Below, in pieces: positions 1 through 13,782 of a stretch of 64,000 nt of DNA. Made by a program: the position numbers and the translations under genes. The first letter of the stretch is position 1, and each line of letters starts with the position of its first letter. The notes beneath the pieces are model-generated. The model ran no database searches, was not told where the DNA came from, and saw nothing but the letters and a program-made list of their open reading frames with translations. Origin of the DNA: Octopus sinensis (lineage: Eukaryota); NCBI RefSeq assembly GCF_006345805.1, contig NC_043015.1, forward strand, positions 13,144,001 through 13,208,000, given 5' to 3'.

Positions 1-2452
1 CTTCTTTTATTAGTCAATTAGTTAATTAACTGATTGTTTGCTTAGTCAGCTACATTTACCAGGGATCTTCCATTGCCATTTGTGACCTTATTAATGACGT
101 GTCCTCTCTACTTCAAATCTACTCTATAACTCTGTTTATTTATGGCATAATGACCCTCCCAAGATACAATAAAATGTTGCAATATGTGTGGACATGTCAG
201 TGTGTATATGTAGTTTAACATCTAAAAATTACTATTGGCTGTTATTTGTAATTTAAATTATTCAAAATCTTTCTCAATAAAGAAATCTTAAACAATTTAT
301 ATTTAATAATCAAAATAACAGTTGATAATCAAGAAAACCACAAATTATTCAAAACTCTTGCTTTTGCTAATTATCTATTATTGCTTCACTGACTATCTAA
401 TGGTAATGTAAATGAAATATTAAGTTTTAGATCTTTAGAAATAGGCTCATTTTCTATTTCAATCCAATACTTAATTGCATTCCTATCTTTTAAGCCTGGT
501 ATTGAGATGAATTTGTAATGTGCAAGTAACTATGGTTATTGAGATCGGAATAGCATAGCAAGTGAGGTTAAAGGTTTAATATGGTGAATGAGGCTAAGAA
601 TGTAACAAAACAAGTGAAGCTGGTAGTTAGTGTGGCAATCGAGGCTAAAAAAAATTTTTTTTATAAAATAAAGCTGTCTTATCAAAAATGCTATTCACTA
701 TCTTCAAGTAACAAATATATATCTTTTGCAAATTAGATTAAAAGGATTTGTAGAAACTAAACACTGTAAAAGAATTAATTAGATATGAGACAAATATGAT
801 TGATAGTGAAAATATTTTAGAATAGATTTGCAAATGGTTTTGTCTGGCAAGGTGTTTAAAATACTAGTGAAGAAATTATTGTGCTTGTCATTGTGAATGA
901 AATTAGCAACTTGATCTATAGTTCAAGATTTTCACAGCCTGTTTGTTTCTTTGTGGTGGAGTTAAAAACATATAAAACAACCAAACCTATGTTTTCATTC
1001 ACAAAATCTATTGGTAACCATACATCTGCAGTCATGTAGGTGGCCTGAGAATCAATCGTTCTTGCCCACATCAAATCTCCCATGTGCCTCCATCAATGAA
1101 TAAACTATGGAAGTGATGGGATTTATTTTTGCATGTGCATATGATATGCTTACCACTGCAGTGAAAGTTCCATCACCTGTTTGTTTTTCCAAGGAGTTTG
1201 CACTGGACTCAGATTATAGTGAGAGTGGATTGATCACCCACACTTTCTCAGCTCTCACTTCCTATATCACTGGCAAGAGAGTGAGAGAAGGTTCCCAAGG
1301 ATGTAGTGGAAAGGGCCAGGGAAATGTATATGTTTCACTGTACTCTGAGTTATGTATCCTACAGCTGTTGGATATAACCCTGCTACCTGTTAAAATTTGA
1401 CCCCTGATTGTTGAGTTTCCTTCAAATATGTAGGGTAAAAAGCTATTAAAACAATTCTACCTTATATTTAAAACTTAATGGCTACTATCAACCTGGTTTT
1501 GGTGGCCTGCCAATGCCATTGCCTAGGAGAGGTGCACTGCTGCATGCAGACCGTTCATTGAACTACAGGTTAAAGTTTGGGGCCAAGTGGAAGTCAGTGG
1601 TAGATGAACCCTCTTGGAAAGAAACTGGTAACATCCCTACCAAAAATACTGCTCCTAGTTCAAAAAAACCATATATACAGTGTGATGTATCTAGTTAAAT
1701 ATGTATACCATATTTCTGGGAGTATTGTGATCTTTGCTAGTTAGGTTCAGAGTAAGGCTGGGGTTGTTGAATTACATGTTTTATGGATGTATCTAGTTAA
1801 AATATGTAAGTCGTTTTCTGGAAATATTTTGTTTTGTGTGTTTGGTATCTGTTCTTAATTACCTCCACCGTAGCAAAGGCAGAGGTATTGTTTTCAGTTG
1901 TGTTTGTCCATGGACAAGATATCACAAGAACCGCTGGATGGATTCAGATGAAACTTTCAGGGATATTTGGCCTTATGACTGACAGGAACTGGTTAGATTT
2001 TGGGATTGATCTGGTACCAGACAAAAATTCTGGATTATTTTTCAGAATTTTTTTACTTGACTTTTGAGAGCTGTTAGGTTCATTTTTATTATTCTCGTTT
2101 GTGAGTGCAGTCAAGTTGTTTCAGATATTCTCATTTTAAAAATCATCTCTGGCTAATCATTGAGGACGTAGGTGTTGCTTTGGTGGAGGTTTGCACTCTG
2201 AGTGCTCTTGTATTTTGTTTTCACTTACTTGGCACCCTCTGTGTATATATATATTCCTATTTTAGAAAATGTGAGCAAAAGTTTGGCAATAGGAAAGGTG
2301 TCTAGCCATAAATCCCTTCCTCAAAAAGTCTCTCTAACCTGTGGCATGTTTATGTATGTGTGTGTTATTCATGAATGTATATGTGTGTGTGTGTATATTT
2401 ATGGTATATTCTGTTAAGAGCGATAAAACTTGTCCACCTTCAAATTTACCCA

Positions 2453-2488
<36 letters not shown>

Positions 2489-3435
2489 CAAATTTACAGA
2501 AAGCAAAAGACAGACAGATGAGGGAACAGCAAGAAGGTGTATTAGTTTGACACTTGGGAAGAAGTTTTTGATGTTTTGAGCCTATACTCTTTGAGAGGAA
2601 AAAATGGAGAGAGAGAACCAAAAGCAAAAATATGGAGGGAGAGAAAACGTGTAAAGATTAACAGTTCAACATGAGACATATGGGGGATTCATTGAGGTTT
2701 GTAACTTGCCTCATCACACTATGTTCTGAAAAATGTAGATTATCTTCAGTGTGTATAGACACTGTAAGATGTTACAGCTTAGTGTTATAACTGCTGATAA
2801 GCATTGACAAGTACTTTATCAGCTTACTGAACGGAACTGATGTGTTCCCTCAAGCAGATACTAAGATAGATGGTTTCTCCATGCAAGAGTAGTGGTTGTA
2901 CTTAATTAATCTATGCCATACAAATTCAGACATCAAAACATCAGCATCTTATGACTTCTTGTTAAGAAAATAAAAATGTTTGCAGAATAAATTACTGATG
3001 GTATCATTCAAGTCAATAAGGTTTTATGATGTTCTTAAATACTTCATTTTGTTCTTCATCCTTAAACCCATTCATATCTTTTGTGTGTGTGTATGTGTGA
3101 ACTGTGTGTATGACTGTCTGCTTTGTATTCAGAAATTTCTGAAGAAATACTCACAAAACCATATCACTGGGATGATTTGTATAACATTTACTTTGGAAAT
3201 AACAACCAAATTTCCTTCTGTTGGTGAAGAGAAACAATGTAGAAAGACAGGAACTTGACATGATGTAGTTATATCAGTCTCTCTCTCTCTCTCTACTCCT
3301 CCTCTCTCTCATCTCTCTCTCTCTCCCTCTCTCTGGTATAGTAGAATAAAAATAGAAGAGGAAGAGAGAACTGGTCCAATGGTGACAAAATGCATGTGAC
3401 AAACTGATTTTCTTCCTTCTGTAGTCTCTATTTAA

Positions 3436-3655
3436 CCCTTTGCCTTTCAGATTACTCTGTCAAATATAATGCCTATTTATTCACATTGTTTTTAATGACT
3501 CATGGATTATCTTGTAGCTTTGAGATTTCAATGATGTGATTGTTCTAGTTTTAGAATGACATTGTAGGTAGGTGTGATAGGCCTAATCTAATTGGTTTAA
3601 AAATAAAACAGGTAGAATATTTTGGTTGGATATGGCCACTTTAAATGTTAATGAG
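3436..3655. mobile_element. piggyBac-like MITE (TTAA-flanked)
   Basis: TTAA at 3432-3435 and 3656-3659; termini CCCTTTGCCTTTCAG / ATGTTAATGAG; same family as 13881-14096 and 24219-24390. Confidence 0.6.
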
Positions 3656-4853
3656 TTAATTTATACTTTCTGTCACATAGTGAAATAGAGCTTGAGATTG
3701 GAACACACACATCAAAGGTTTTGGACAAATAGAGAGGGAGAAGAATGGTAGTGATGATAGTGGAATTTGAAAACTAGGTCAAAGGAAATAAATCATAATC
3801 TAGTGCAATGTTCTTTTTGTATTCAGTGAATGCAGTTTTCCCCATTCTTTAAATCATACAGTGCTGGAAAGATTATAGATTTATATTCAGTTCCATAACA
3901 TACAGACTAATTGAACTCTAATTTATTAATGTATTTAAAGGGATTCTTATGTATTTAAAGGGATTCTATAGAGCAGTTATTCATCCATCTACATACATTT
4001 AATGTTATAGGTGTAAATAAAGTTAACTAAGAGAGAATACACAAAGATGCATGCTGTTAGAAAGAAAAGCAAAAAACTTCTCGAGTGAATTTCTAAGAAA
4101 CCTCATAATGGATTTAATACTAGTCATAATATCCAGAAACTCACCTCTATTACACTTCAATTAACCTATTGTTGATTTTTATTATGACTCAAAACACTTT
4201 ACCTGAATTCTTGCTAGTTTATAAAAGAATAATTTTTTTTTTCATCAGTTATTTGATTGTTAAAAATAAATTACATAGATGTCTTTCAGAAGAACTGACA
4301 ATAATGCAGTGTTTCTATTTACCTGTATAAGTGTATCAATCTGTATATATATTACATTGTGTGTGTAGATGCATATACACACAACTGCTAGAATGCAACA
4401 AAACAAATATGGGACACAAATCATACAAAATTACAACATTTTTGTGCAAATGTGTCAACAAACCTTTTAGGAAACAATAAATTTGATTGCTACACCTACT
4501 GAATTCCTTCTAGCACATTGACATTGGAGTTTATTTAATGAATGAAACTGTTAAAGATCATTGTTATACCTTTCAATGTTGAAACTGCCTATTACAATTT
4601 TTTTTCTTTGTCATTTTAAAACCTTCATTAAGAATATCCAGTTCATTTTTCCAGTTGAATTTTTACTTCATTTACAATTACTTTAAGTTTCTCACATTTC
4701 TACTATACATCTTGCATAATATATATAATATATAGACACACACATATAATGTTTGTGAATGTAGTGAATACAGTATTGGCGGCTGACTAGCTGAGCAATA
4801 TATAAGGTGCATTTAGTCTTTATGTTAGCACAGTATATATCATTATTTTGTTT

Positions 4854-5075
4854 GGCAGTGAGCCAAACAATTGTTATCACGCTGGGCAAAATGCTTAGCG
4901 ATATTTCATCTGTTTACTTTCTGAGTTCAAATTCCACCGAGGTCGACTTCGCCTTTCATCCTTCCAAGGTTGATAAATTAAGTACCAGTGAAACACTGGG
5001 GTCAATAAAATTGACTAGGCCCCTTCCACCAAATTCGAGACCTTGTGCCTCCAGTAGAAAGGATTATTATCATTT
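4854..5075 (+). mobile_element. tRNA-derived SINE with conserved central body (GAGGTCGACTTYGCCTTTCATCC...GATAAATTAAGTACCAG), tail type A
   Basis: A-box-like head, B box GAGTTCAAATTCC, body shared with several other copies in the window. Confidence 0.8.
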
Positions 5076-5105
5076 TGTTTTGTTATGAAATTATTTCTTT
5101 TAAAT

Positions 5106-5332
5106 CAGTGGTTCTAAACCATTTTTTATTGGTGGACCCTTATTGTCATTTGAAGTTTAAAAAATCCTATTGTATTTTTATTATTAAGTATCATTAGGAA
5201 TTGTATTTCAAAAATTGTTAAAATACTTGGTGTTATGCAGTTGTAGTATAAACAATTTATTGCTCATAAATTTTAACAAAAAACCTTATAGCGACCCCCA
5301 AGGGACATATGGACCTCGATTGAGAGTCACTG
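5106..5332. mobile_element. hAT/Charlie-type MITE
   Basis: TIRs CAGTGGTTCTAAACC ... GATTGAGAGTCACTG; 8-bp TSD TTTTAAAT/TTCTAAAT (7/8 match). Confidence 0.7.
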
Positions 5333-6379
5333 TTCTAAATAGTTTGGGGGACCAATAGTTAGGCACCAACCATTGACCATTGGTTCCAAATTTCTTTTTA
5401 AAAGCAGTTTGATTTAAATTTACTCATTTTGGGATTGATGCAATATGTACCACTGCTAATCTGGGAAACTTGTTAAATTGTATGTACTTTTTGAATTCCT
5501 TATACTTGTTAAATAAGTATATACTTAGGAATAGAAATAAAAAAAGAACAATTGATATAAACTGTGCTCCTTTATCATAAATACATGCATCTGTGTGCCA
5601 AATGTAGGTAGTCAGAAAGAGGATGAATTAGAGGCGTGATGGATAATTCAGAAACAAAAGAAGCACATGGTAGTAAAAAAAAACAACAAAAAACATTAAA
5701 AAACAAAACAGGTGAAGCAAATGCAGAGGAGATGCTGTCATGATTGGTGCTTGCCATATGTGATTTTTATGTACTACAAGATGTGTAGACTTTTTATTTT
5801 CTATCTTCTGAGAGTGAGTATTCAGTGACGGTGCATAATCGATTACAAAATACAGCCTAATGGATTGGCCAGAACTCTATAGCAGCACTTCTTTTCTTCA
5901 TTGTGCTGTTATATTATTTACTTTGCATTTATGTTTTAGGGTTGTAGTAAGTTCCTAGAAAACCATATTTGTGATGTGAATTTTTATTCCTGGTTTAGAC
6001 ATTTCACATTAATTTAGTCTTTGTACTATTCTTTCTGGCTGAGATGGTTAATATACCTTACCTACAATATTTTGTGTGCATTCCTGAAAATATGGTAAAA
6101 GTCAAACCAGAGATTCAGTCTTTGGTAATGCAACATTATTTTCCCCCTAAACTGGTTTTTGCAACTTGTTTACTTTATTATTTTCTAAATTTTTATGGTA
6201 TTTATTGGGTTTGTTCTTCAATCTTTAATCATTACAACTAAGACTATGATGGAGCATTTGTTTGGTTCTTCTTATCTGGCATATTGCGTTTTTAATTTCA
6301 GTTTTGATGTTATGTATGCTATAAATAAAAATGAAAAAAAAAAAAAAACTGATGGGCAGTTTTAACTGGAATATGTTGT

Positions 6380-6427
<48 letters not shown>

Positions 6428-6944
6428 GAAAATAGAAGAAGCAAGGAGCAAGAGATGTGTGTGAGAGATACATCGAGTATAAAACAACTAAAATGAAACC
6501 ACTGATAAAAGATAAGAGCAAGAACTAACAGATGAGAAAGAGCGAGATAGAGAGAATGAAAATGTCAGAATGTGACATTGTAAAAGAGAGGGAGAGGATC
6601 TTGAATGGTATGTGCAAAGGATTGAGGAGTAAATATGCTGGCATAATTTTTTTTTGTACTGTTTTTATGTGTCGTATAAATAATGTTTTTGATGTTAGAT
6701 TCTGAACAAGCAATGAATATATTAGAGAAAAATGCTTAATGTTAATACAAACCAGTAATAACAACATAACTTTTAGACATTTACTATGGTGTTTGTTTAA
6801 TATCTATAAGTAAGTGAGTAATGGTTTCAGTAGTGCTTACCATATTTTATTTTCCTAAAATCAGCTGATGCGCCTCAAAAACACTGTTTTGTTTATAGGC
6901 AACATACCTCTATTTTTGCCTGTTAAAATATACTTAAGCAGCCA

Positions 6945-7118
6945 CAAATAAACATACACATACACAGACTCTTTCAATTTCCATCTACCAAATCCACTCA
7001 CAAGGCTTTGGTTGGCCAAAGGGCTATAATAGAAGACACTTGCCCAAGCTACCATGCTGTGGGACTGAATCTGGAAACGTGGTTGGGAAGCAAACTTCTT
7101 ACCACACAGCCATGTCTG
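6945..7118 (-). mobile_element. tRNA-derived SINE with CORE-like motif (CTTGGGCAAG), 5' part
   Basis: Reverse complement matches the head of the intact copy at 47207-47609. Confidence 0.75.
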
Positions 7119-7215
7119 CACATTTTCTAACAATTAATGAAACTATTATATTTTGTTGAGCTAATCAGGTTAAAGATGTGTAAAATTTTATATTCTACTC
7201 CATTTATATTTTCAG

Positions 7216-7283
7216 TATTTATACACAATGCTCTTCCATTTGTTGGCTTTGGATTCTTGGACAATGTTTTAATGATAGTTGCG
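7216..7283 (+). CDS. TMEM65: TMEM65 internal exon (68 nt)
   Basis: ttttcag|TATTTATACAC...GTTGCG|gtgagt; encodes (V)FIHNALPFVGFGFLDNVLMIVA. Confidence 0.95.
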
Positions 7284-10200
7284 GTGAGTACTATGGATGA
7301 TGCTTTGAAAGCAGCATTTTGTTATCTCTATTCCAGTTTGCTGCAAATATTTTCATTTCTTTCTTTCAATATTGCCTTCAGTGATTCTTATATGAAGCAA
7401 GCCTTGTAAGAACAAGTTGTTTTACATCATAAATCAAAATGTTATGTATAATTTCTCAATATTTACACAATGAAATGTGAAGAAATAAAGTAAAAAAAAT
7501 TATACTTTCTAGTTTCAGAATCCTTTTTATTGAATTAGTTGGAATATTGTTGTATTATGAACTGTGTTAGCAGTGTGATTAAATCACTTTTCAACGTTAT
7601 TTCTGTAGAAATTATCACCAGCACTGAAAGTTACATTTCTCATGCGAATTTATGTATGTAAACAGGGCGATCAATAGATAAAAAAAAAATAGGTAAAAAT
7701 AATTTTAAAAAGTAGTTTAATCCCACTGCTAACACAGATGGGGCACAGTATTAACTTACAAGCCTTTATTATACTTGGTGCATATTATTGTTTCATAACA
7801 AAGCACAGTCTCCCTACCAGGTGTGGAAGCAAGGTCTAGAACTGAAGGGGCTTAGAGTTAACATAGTAAAAACCAAAATCTTAGTAAGTAGGAAGGCAGA
7901 TAAATTACAAATCCCTTTAGGTAGATGGCCCTGCTCAATCTGTAGAAAAGACATAGGTAGAAGCTCCATAAGATGTCTCTGGTGTAAGCTATGAACACAT
8001 AAGAGGTGCAGCAATATCAAAGGAAGGTTAACTGAGAAGATAGTTTTTGTGTGTGGTGATGCACAGGTACAATAAATACCAAAGATGTACAGAAAGCATA
8101 TTTCATCACATGCCAGGGGAAAAAACTAAAAGTAGTTGATAGCTTCCATTACCTAGGTGACCAAGTCTGTAGTGGAGGTGGATGCTTTGAGAGTGTAGCT
8201 GCTAGAATAAGAGTAACCTGGGCAAAGTTCAGAAAGCTCCTACCTCTGCTGGTAATAAAGGGCCTCTCACTCAGTGAAAGGTAGACTGTATGATGCCTGT
8301 GTGTGAACAACCATGCTACATGGCAGTAAAACATGGGTTCTGACTGCTGCGGATATGCATAGGCTTGAAAGAAATGAAGCTAGTATGCTCTGCTGGATGT
8401 GTAATGTCAGTGTTACATGACATACATGACAGAATGTAAGTGTCCTAAGAAGCATCAGATGTGATGTGCAAGAGAGACAACTGTGCTGGTATGGTAATGT
8501 GTTTTGTATGAATGATGATAGAGGAGGGAACTGAAGGTGGAGGTAGACCCAGGAAGACAGGAAGACCCAGGATGAGGTAGTGAAGCATGACCTTTGAACG
8601 TTTGACCTCACAGAGGCAATGACAAGCGACCGAGCCCTTTGGAGATATGCGGTGCTTGAGAACACCTGGAAAGCCAAGTGAGATTGTAGTCATGGCTGAT
8701 GCCAGTGTTGCATAACTGGCCCATTTAAAAGCACCCTTCAATTGTCAGGCTTGTGAAGACCTATTGAATCATGGGAAATCGTAATTGTGGTTGATGCCAG
8801 TGCTACCTGACTGGCATCTGTGCCAGTGGCACATAAAATGCACCATTTGAGTGCGACTGATGCTAGTTCCTCCTGACTGGCACCCGTGCTGGTAGCACAT
8901 AAAAAGCACCCGCTACACTCTTGGAGTGTTGGCATTAGGAAGGTCATCCAGCTGTAGTAGCCTTACCAAATCATATTGGAACCTGGTGCAGCCTCCTGGC
9001 TTGCCAGTCCTCAGTCAAACCGTCCAACCCATGCCAGCATGGAAAATGGATGTTAAACAACGATGATGATGATGATACCAGTTATCAAGAATGTGTGTAT
9101 TGTATAAAATTGGTCTATCCAATTGTGTTACACCTCTGTATTTGGTAGCTATTTAAGCAATGTTCATGGATGGTTAATGGGGTGGATGTAGTGCAGAAGA
9201 AGGACCAAGAACTCTTGAAATATGCATATATGCCCATCACCTATTTTTCTATCTTCAGTTGCATTTTTTACACAGATGTATGTGTATACGAAACATAACT
9301 TTCAGTGCTGCCTGTAATTACTATTGGAAATCTGTAAAAATGACTTTAAAAAGTTTCAGCTAATAATACATCTTAAGTACATTAAAAGTATTTTGACTAC
9401 TAGAGTGACACCATCATAGGTTATTACATTTTATATATATATTGATTAAAATTCAAAGAATGTATTGCAAAAATATAAAGATAAATATAGTTTTCATAAT
9501 ATTTTCTTTTTCAATTAACACTAAAACAAATATTATTTTCAAAATTTAATGTATTTAGATATTAAATATTTTTCTCCAAGGTAAATATTTAAAGGAAATA
9601 TCCTTTTAAGATTTATCTTTCTAAAATCACTTCATTTTAATGCTTTTCAATCTTTAATTTGTCTAGTCATACTGGTTAGAAAACCATCTTCATTAACGGT
9701 TGTGAGATTGATTTCTTTTTTTACTTGTTTCAGTCATTGAACTACAGCTATACTGAGGCACCACCTTGAAGGATTTTACTCAAGTGGATTGACCCAGTAC
9801 TTATTCTATCAATTTCTTTTATTGAACTGTTAAGTTACAGGGATGTAAACAAACCAAAGCCAGTTGTCAGGTTGTCAAGTGATAGTTGTGGCATAGGACA
9901 AGCACAATAACACACACACACACACAACAGGCTTCCATACAGTTTCTGTCTACTAAATTCCCTCACAAGGCATTGGTTGGCCTGGGGCTATAGTGGAAGA
10001 CACTTGCCCAAGATGCTTTGCAGTGGGAATGAACCTAGAACCACATGTTTGCAATGTGAGCTCCTTAATCTGCCCTGATTAGAACATATGTAGTCTTATG
10101 ACTAATGTAAAAAAAAAAGTTTATTTCTTGAATTGATACCAACTTGAAAAATTAAAACCACAATATTTAATGTTGCTTTGTCATTTCTGAGACAGGGTAT

Positions 10201-13200
10201 TTGTATTTAGATAGCAGTTACATGTAATAGCTAGAAATAATATATATAATCTCTGTTATTCATTTATTATTTAATGCAAATAGTGTATTGATTAAGAATT
10301 AAGAAAGGTTTAATATGATGAAGGAAGCATAAATTGGAATTATGCCTGTGACTGAGAATAATTAAAATATTTAGAAGAATGGATTAATGTCCGTTAACCT
10401 GTTGCAGAGGAGAGGCAGTGTTTCCAGAAAATGGTATTCTTATATAAATCTCTCAAGTTCTAATATATGCTACTGTCCATGATGAAAAGCAGGAAAGTAA
10501 TTATTTTCTATCTCATAAATCCTTTGGCACAAATTTATCACAAAAATATAAAAGAAAATACAACTGCAGCATGGAAAATGTTTCTAAGCCATTTAAGAAC
10601 ACACAAAAAACCATAAAGTTCACTTCAACATTTAAATTCAATTCGTGTCAAAATATTTTTGTTGCTTTCAAACCGCTATCTGTTCACTGACATTGAACAG
10701 GTTGCAGTTTCAAAGCAACGAAAGTATTTTGACACGAATTGAATTTAAATGTTGAAGTGAACCAAATGGTTTTTTGTGTGTTCTTAAATGGCTTAGAAGC
10801 ATCTTCCATGCTACAATTGTTTTTGTTTCAGTACATGATCTCAGATCAAGTCACTTGCCGTAATATAAAAAAAATAATTGTTTCAAAATACATCTAGAGT
10901 TGATTGTGTTTTAGTAAAGGAATATTTACCACTGTGAGCAATTGTATAAATGAATGGATATTCATATTGAGCTATAACTAAAGACTGAAAGACCTAATAT
11001 GTCAATCTGACATACTATATGATAAAATATTAATGATGGCATAAGGATACCAGAAGATAGTTAGATATTTCACAAGCTAAAATACTTTTTCAAAATCTGT
11101 TCTATACAAACTAAAATACTCTAATTTAAAATAGCCTTTGCATATCATTCTTCATATGAATACATTGTTGAAAGGTGAGTTACTGCAATATTGGCTAGAG
11201 ATAACATCCCTTATGGACATGCTGTACTTGAAAATACTATATATTGGTGGGAGATGAAAATCATCCTAGCAGTGACTACTGAGAACACCTGATGCATTTT
11301 TGCTTTGTTGCACCTTATTGATGGTATGTACTCATAGCCAGCAACTTGCCAAGATGAGATTTGTTGCCTCTGATATATAGGAAAACTTGCTTTCAGTGGT
11401 GTATATGATACAGACATGATTATTTTAACTTTTTTTAAAAAAAGAGTTAAACTGCAAAATAAATTTAGAAAATGCTTTCTTTAATAAATAAGAGTTTATT
11501 TTCAAATAAATGTTTATTTATACTTATATATAAACACTATATATAAAATAAACATTTTCAAATGCGAACTTGTTGGTTTTGAATAATTTTCAGGCTCTAA
11601 AATGTAATTTTTCTCAGCTCATCTCATTTGGCTGTCGAGTGTTATTTAATTTAATCTTTAAATATCTATATACTGTAACTTCCACAAAATCTTACAAATA
11701 TATAGAAACACACTGGACAGTGGGATGAATGCAAATATAATATGCTTGCACTGCTTCCCTGCATGTGGCTGAATGCTATGTGGAACCCAAGCAGGCAGAG
11801 ATATGGTATGTACTCTAAGAAAGTAGATTTGTGAATCAAATTTAGTTGACTATCTACCTGCATATTATAGGTCTGCATAGAGTTGAGCTGAGGTTATAGA
11901 GCAGGAATAGAAATAAATAAACCATGTACAAAAATATGGAAATTTGGAGATATAAATTATTTGATTAAGAAATTTTGTTTTGAATCAGTTTGAAAATATT
12001 AGTTTTTGTAGAAATGTATATAAATCAAATTATCTCTTAGCTTATGTTTACATGTTATATAAATTAAATGCATTCTGAACATTATTCTTTTGTTTTGGTC
12101 CGTTTTCCCAAATCTCATTTTATACTCTCCATGGATTTAATGACTATTTCTCTATGTAGATACATAGACAAAAATTGTGTTCATTCTCTGGCAGAAATTA
12201 TTTAAAACCATCTTTTTATTAATGAATTATTTACTAATGAATTAAGTTGTTACTAAGGATTCAAGTGGATTAATTTTTGAACACTAGATCAGGAGTTCAA
12301 ACAGTGACATTGTATCATACTTTTAGGCAAAATGCATTTAATTCAAAACAGGTGCCATCATCACACTTGGGTGATTGATGTGTAGAATTTCCTCCAACTG
12401 TGAGCTATTTGTCTAAGTGATTAAAGATTCATTTGATCTATACATTGAAGTCCAAAGGTGTTTCATAGATGTTAGTCTCTCTAGGAAACATTATAGTTCA
12501 TTTAGCAATTAATTGACATTTATAACTCCATCATGTACATTTCATTAATTTCTCTACTGTAATGAATGTATATTTGATCATACTAACTGGCTTTGTTTGC
12601 TACTGTTACACAATTGTTGTCATATCTTGGTAGTCAAAGGATGGAAAACTATGATAATTGATTAATCTGTTGTGAATTCTAGAAGATTGAGTTTGCTGAA
12701 ATATTGCAGTTTTTCTGTCAACTGGTGTTTATTTTTTCACTTTTGCATTGAGTTAAAATGTCACTGTTGTCGACTTGGCCTTTCAACTTTCCAGATCAGC
12801 ACAAAGAAATATCAGTGTAGTATTGGTGTTAATTCAAATGAATCACCTTCCTTTACAAAATGTGACAAACTTCCTATTTAAAGTAATCAACACATTTCTA
12901 AATATTTAGTGATCAGAACTACAGGGTATATTGTAGCTTGCTGTCAGCAATCAGAAACTTAGGTTTCAGCTTGTAATTTTTTTCACTTTCTTTCACTTAT
13001 ATCATCAAAGATTTTGTGAAAGTAATGAACATCACTACTTCACTTCCATTCTACTATAAATCTTAGACTTCATGACTAGTGACAAATATTTTTCTTGTTA
13101 TTTCTTTCATTATAAAACAACATTTATAACACATTTTAAAATTCTGTCTTTAGGGAGAATATATTGATGCAACTTTTGGTTCCTTACTTGGTATCTCTAC

Positions 13201-13701
13201 AATGGCTGCTGCAGGTCTTGGGAACATGGTTTCAGATGTTGCAGGAATTGGGTAAGCATATAATTATACATTTATCTGTAAATAAAATTTAAACATTGTG
13301 TTTTAATGGAAAAGAAGCTGGAAGAGATAATTAAGATATTGATGTGCAACACTAATAGCAGGTACAAGATATCTGTATCCTGAATGAATCTAATTGTGTT
13401 TATTTCCCTAACAGATGAGTTGGAAATTAGAAGTCTGTATTTCCAGCATGACAATTCTTAATCAACAATGTACATGCATCTCCTACTTTAAGGCTACCTC
13501 AGGATAGAGAATTTCACAGTTATAGGAATTGTAAAGTGTGACCACTATTTTGGGCTATTCTTTGTAATTTCACCCTGACAGAAACACAGAAACTTGAATA
13601 AACTTTAACAGTGTAAAAACTATATATTTCTCTTAGCAATATCATCTCAGCATTTTGGTCAAGATCAGAATAGTTAAAGATTTTAAACATTGTAATTAAG
13701 A

Positions 13702-13744
<43 letters not shown>

Positions 13745-13751
13745 CCCCTCC

Positions 13752-13782
<31 letters not shown>

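Noticed and set aside
1107-6800. Short ORFs and candidate upstream TMEM65 exons (e.g. ~2500-2537)
   Set aside because: No TMEM65-like peptide with a matching phase-1 donor was found; the 5' exons probably lie before the window.
8149-8947. ORFs overlapping the RTE element
   Set aside because: Antisense or alternate frames of a decayed LINE.
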